In this document: in pieces, positions 63,697 through 64,000 of the stretch
How the letters are laid out: each line of letters begins with the position of its first letter
How positions within the stretch are numbered: the stretch's first letter is position 1
Source of the DNA: Botryllus schlosseri
Lineage: Eukaryota
Assembly (NCBI GenBank): GCA_051294905.1
Contig: CM119372.1
Span: 29,762,001 to 29,826,000, forward strand
Reading direction: 5' to 3'
DNA length: 64,000 nucleotides
Notes under the pieces: model-generated
What the model saw: the letters and a program-made list of their open reading frames with translations, nothing else
Databases searched by the model: none
Told to the model about the DNA's origin: nothing
Program-made: the position numbers and the translations under genes

Positions 63697-63885
63697 TTAA
63701 TCGGTGTCCTGGTCGTCCTGTAAATCATCATCTTCTTCCGTACAATCCATATCCTCGTCGAAGAAATCTTCCATTTCGATGGTAGCTTCTTCGCGAGTCG
63801 GAATTTTCGTTCTCACGCAATATTCCTCGACTGTTGAAGGTACGGTAACGCCGTCTCTCAAAGCTTCTTTTTGACTGTCGTGAAC
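63697..63885 (-). CDS. CDC34: Last coding exon of ubiquitin-conjugating enzyme CDC34/UBE2R; rest of gene lies beyond the right edge
   Basis: Acceptor TTTCAG, then VHDSQKEALRDGVTVPSTVEEYCVRTKIP.. with an acidic tail ending DDQDTD*. Matches the CDC34 motif RDGVKVPTTLAEYCVKTK. This frame is not in the ORF track. Confidence 0.85.
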   Translation of the reverse strand, partial: VHDSQKEALRDGVTVPSTVEEYCVRTKIPTREEATIEMEDFFDEDMDCTEEDDDLQDDQDTD

Positions 63886-64000
63886 CTGAAATCACAGATA
63901 TTATAGGTCGTAATTTACAGTAGGCTATGTCGTCAAGACGCGTTTGGCAATCAGACTTCAGACGCACAACTTAATCACTTGCGACAACTTGCGGGAATAA

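Noticed and set aside
63728..63967. 79-aa minus-strand ORF from the track
   Set aside because: Wrong frame; the overlapping frame 63885-63697 is the CDC34 exon.

Overview
AT-rich, intron-rich animal genomic DNA. An invertebrate deuterostome such as a tunicate is plausible but cannot be proven from the window. Three host genes are present: (1) the first 7 exons of a DDX5/DDX17 (p68) DEAD-box helicase on the minus strand, running off the left edge; (2) a complete 28-coding-exon SCAP gene (SREBP cleavage-activating protein) on the plus strand, 14162-62250; (3) the last exon of a convergent CDC34/UBE2R gene at the right edge. SCAP intron 4 carries a full-length, recent Ty3/Gypsy (Mag-like) LTR retrotransposon with 230-bp LTRs, a 5-bp TSD and a tRNA-Ser PBS. 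Non-coding DNA is packed with non-autonomous hAT (8-bp TSD) and TA-targeting DNA transposons, often nested. Most notable observations: over-represented TAGGCCTA/TACCGGTA octamers that look like excision footprints of TA-targeting transposons; two divergent copies of a tRNA-headed ~350-390 nt element bracketing the SCAP locus; loss of the SCAP MELADL COPII motif; non-canonical Gypsy features (TG..TA termini, IHDD RT motif); and an inverted pair of 1.3-kb MITEs inside the SCAP pre-mRNA. All exon boundaries and counts were read by hand.
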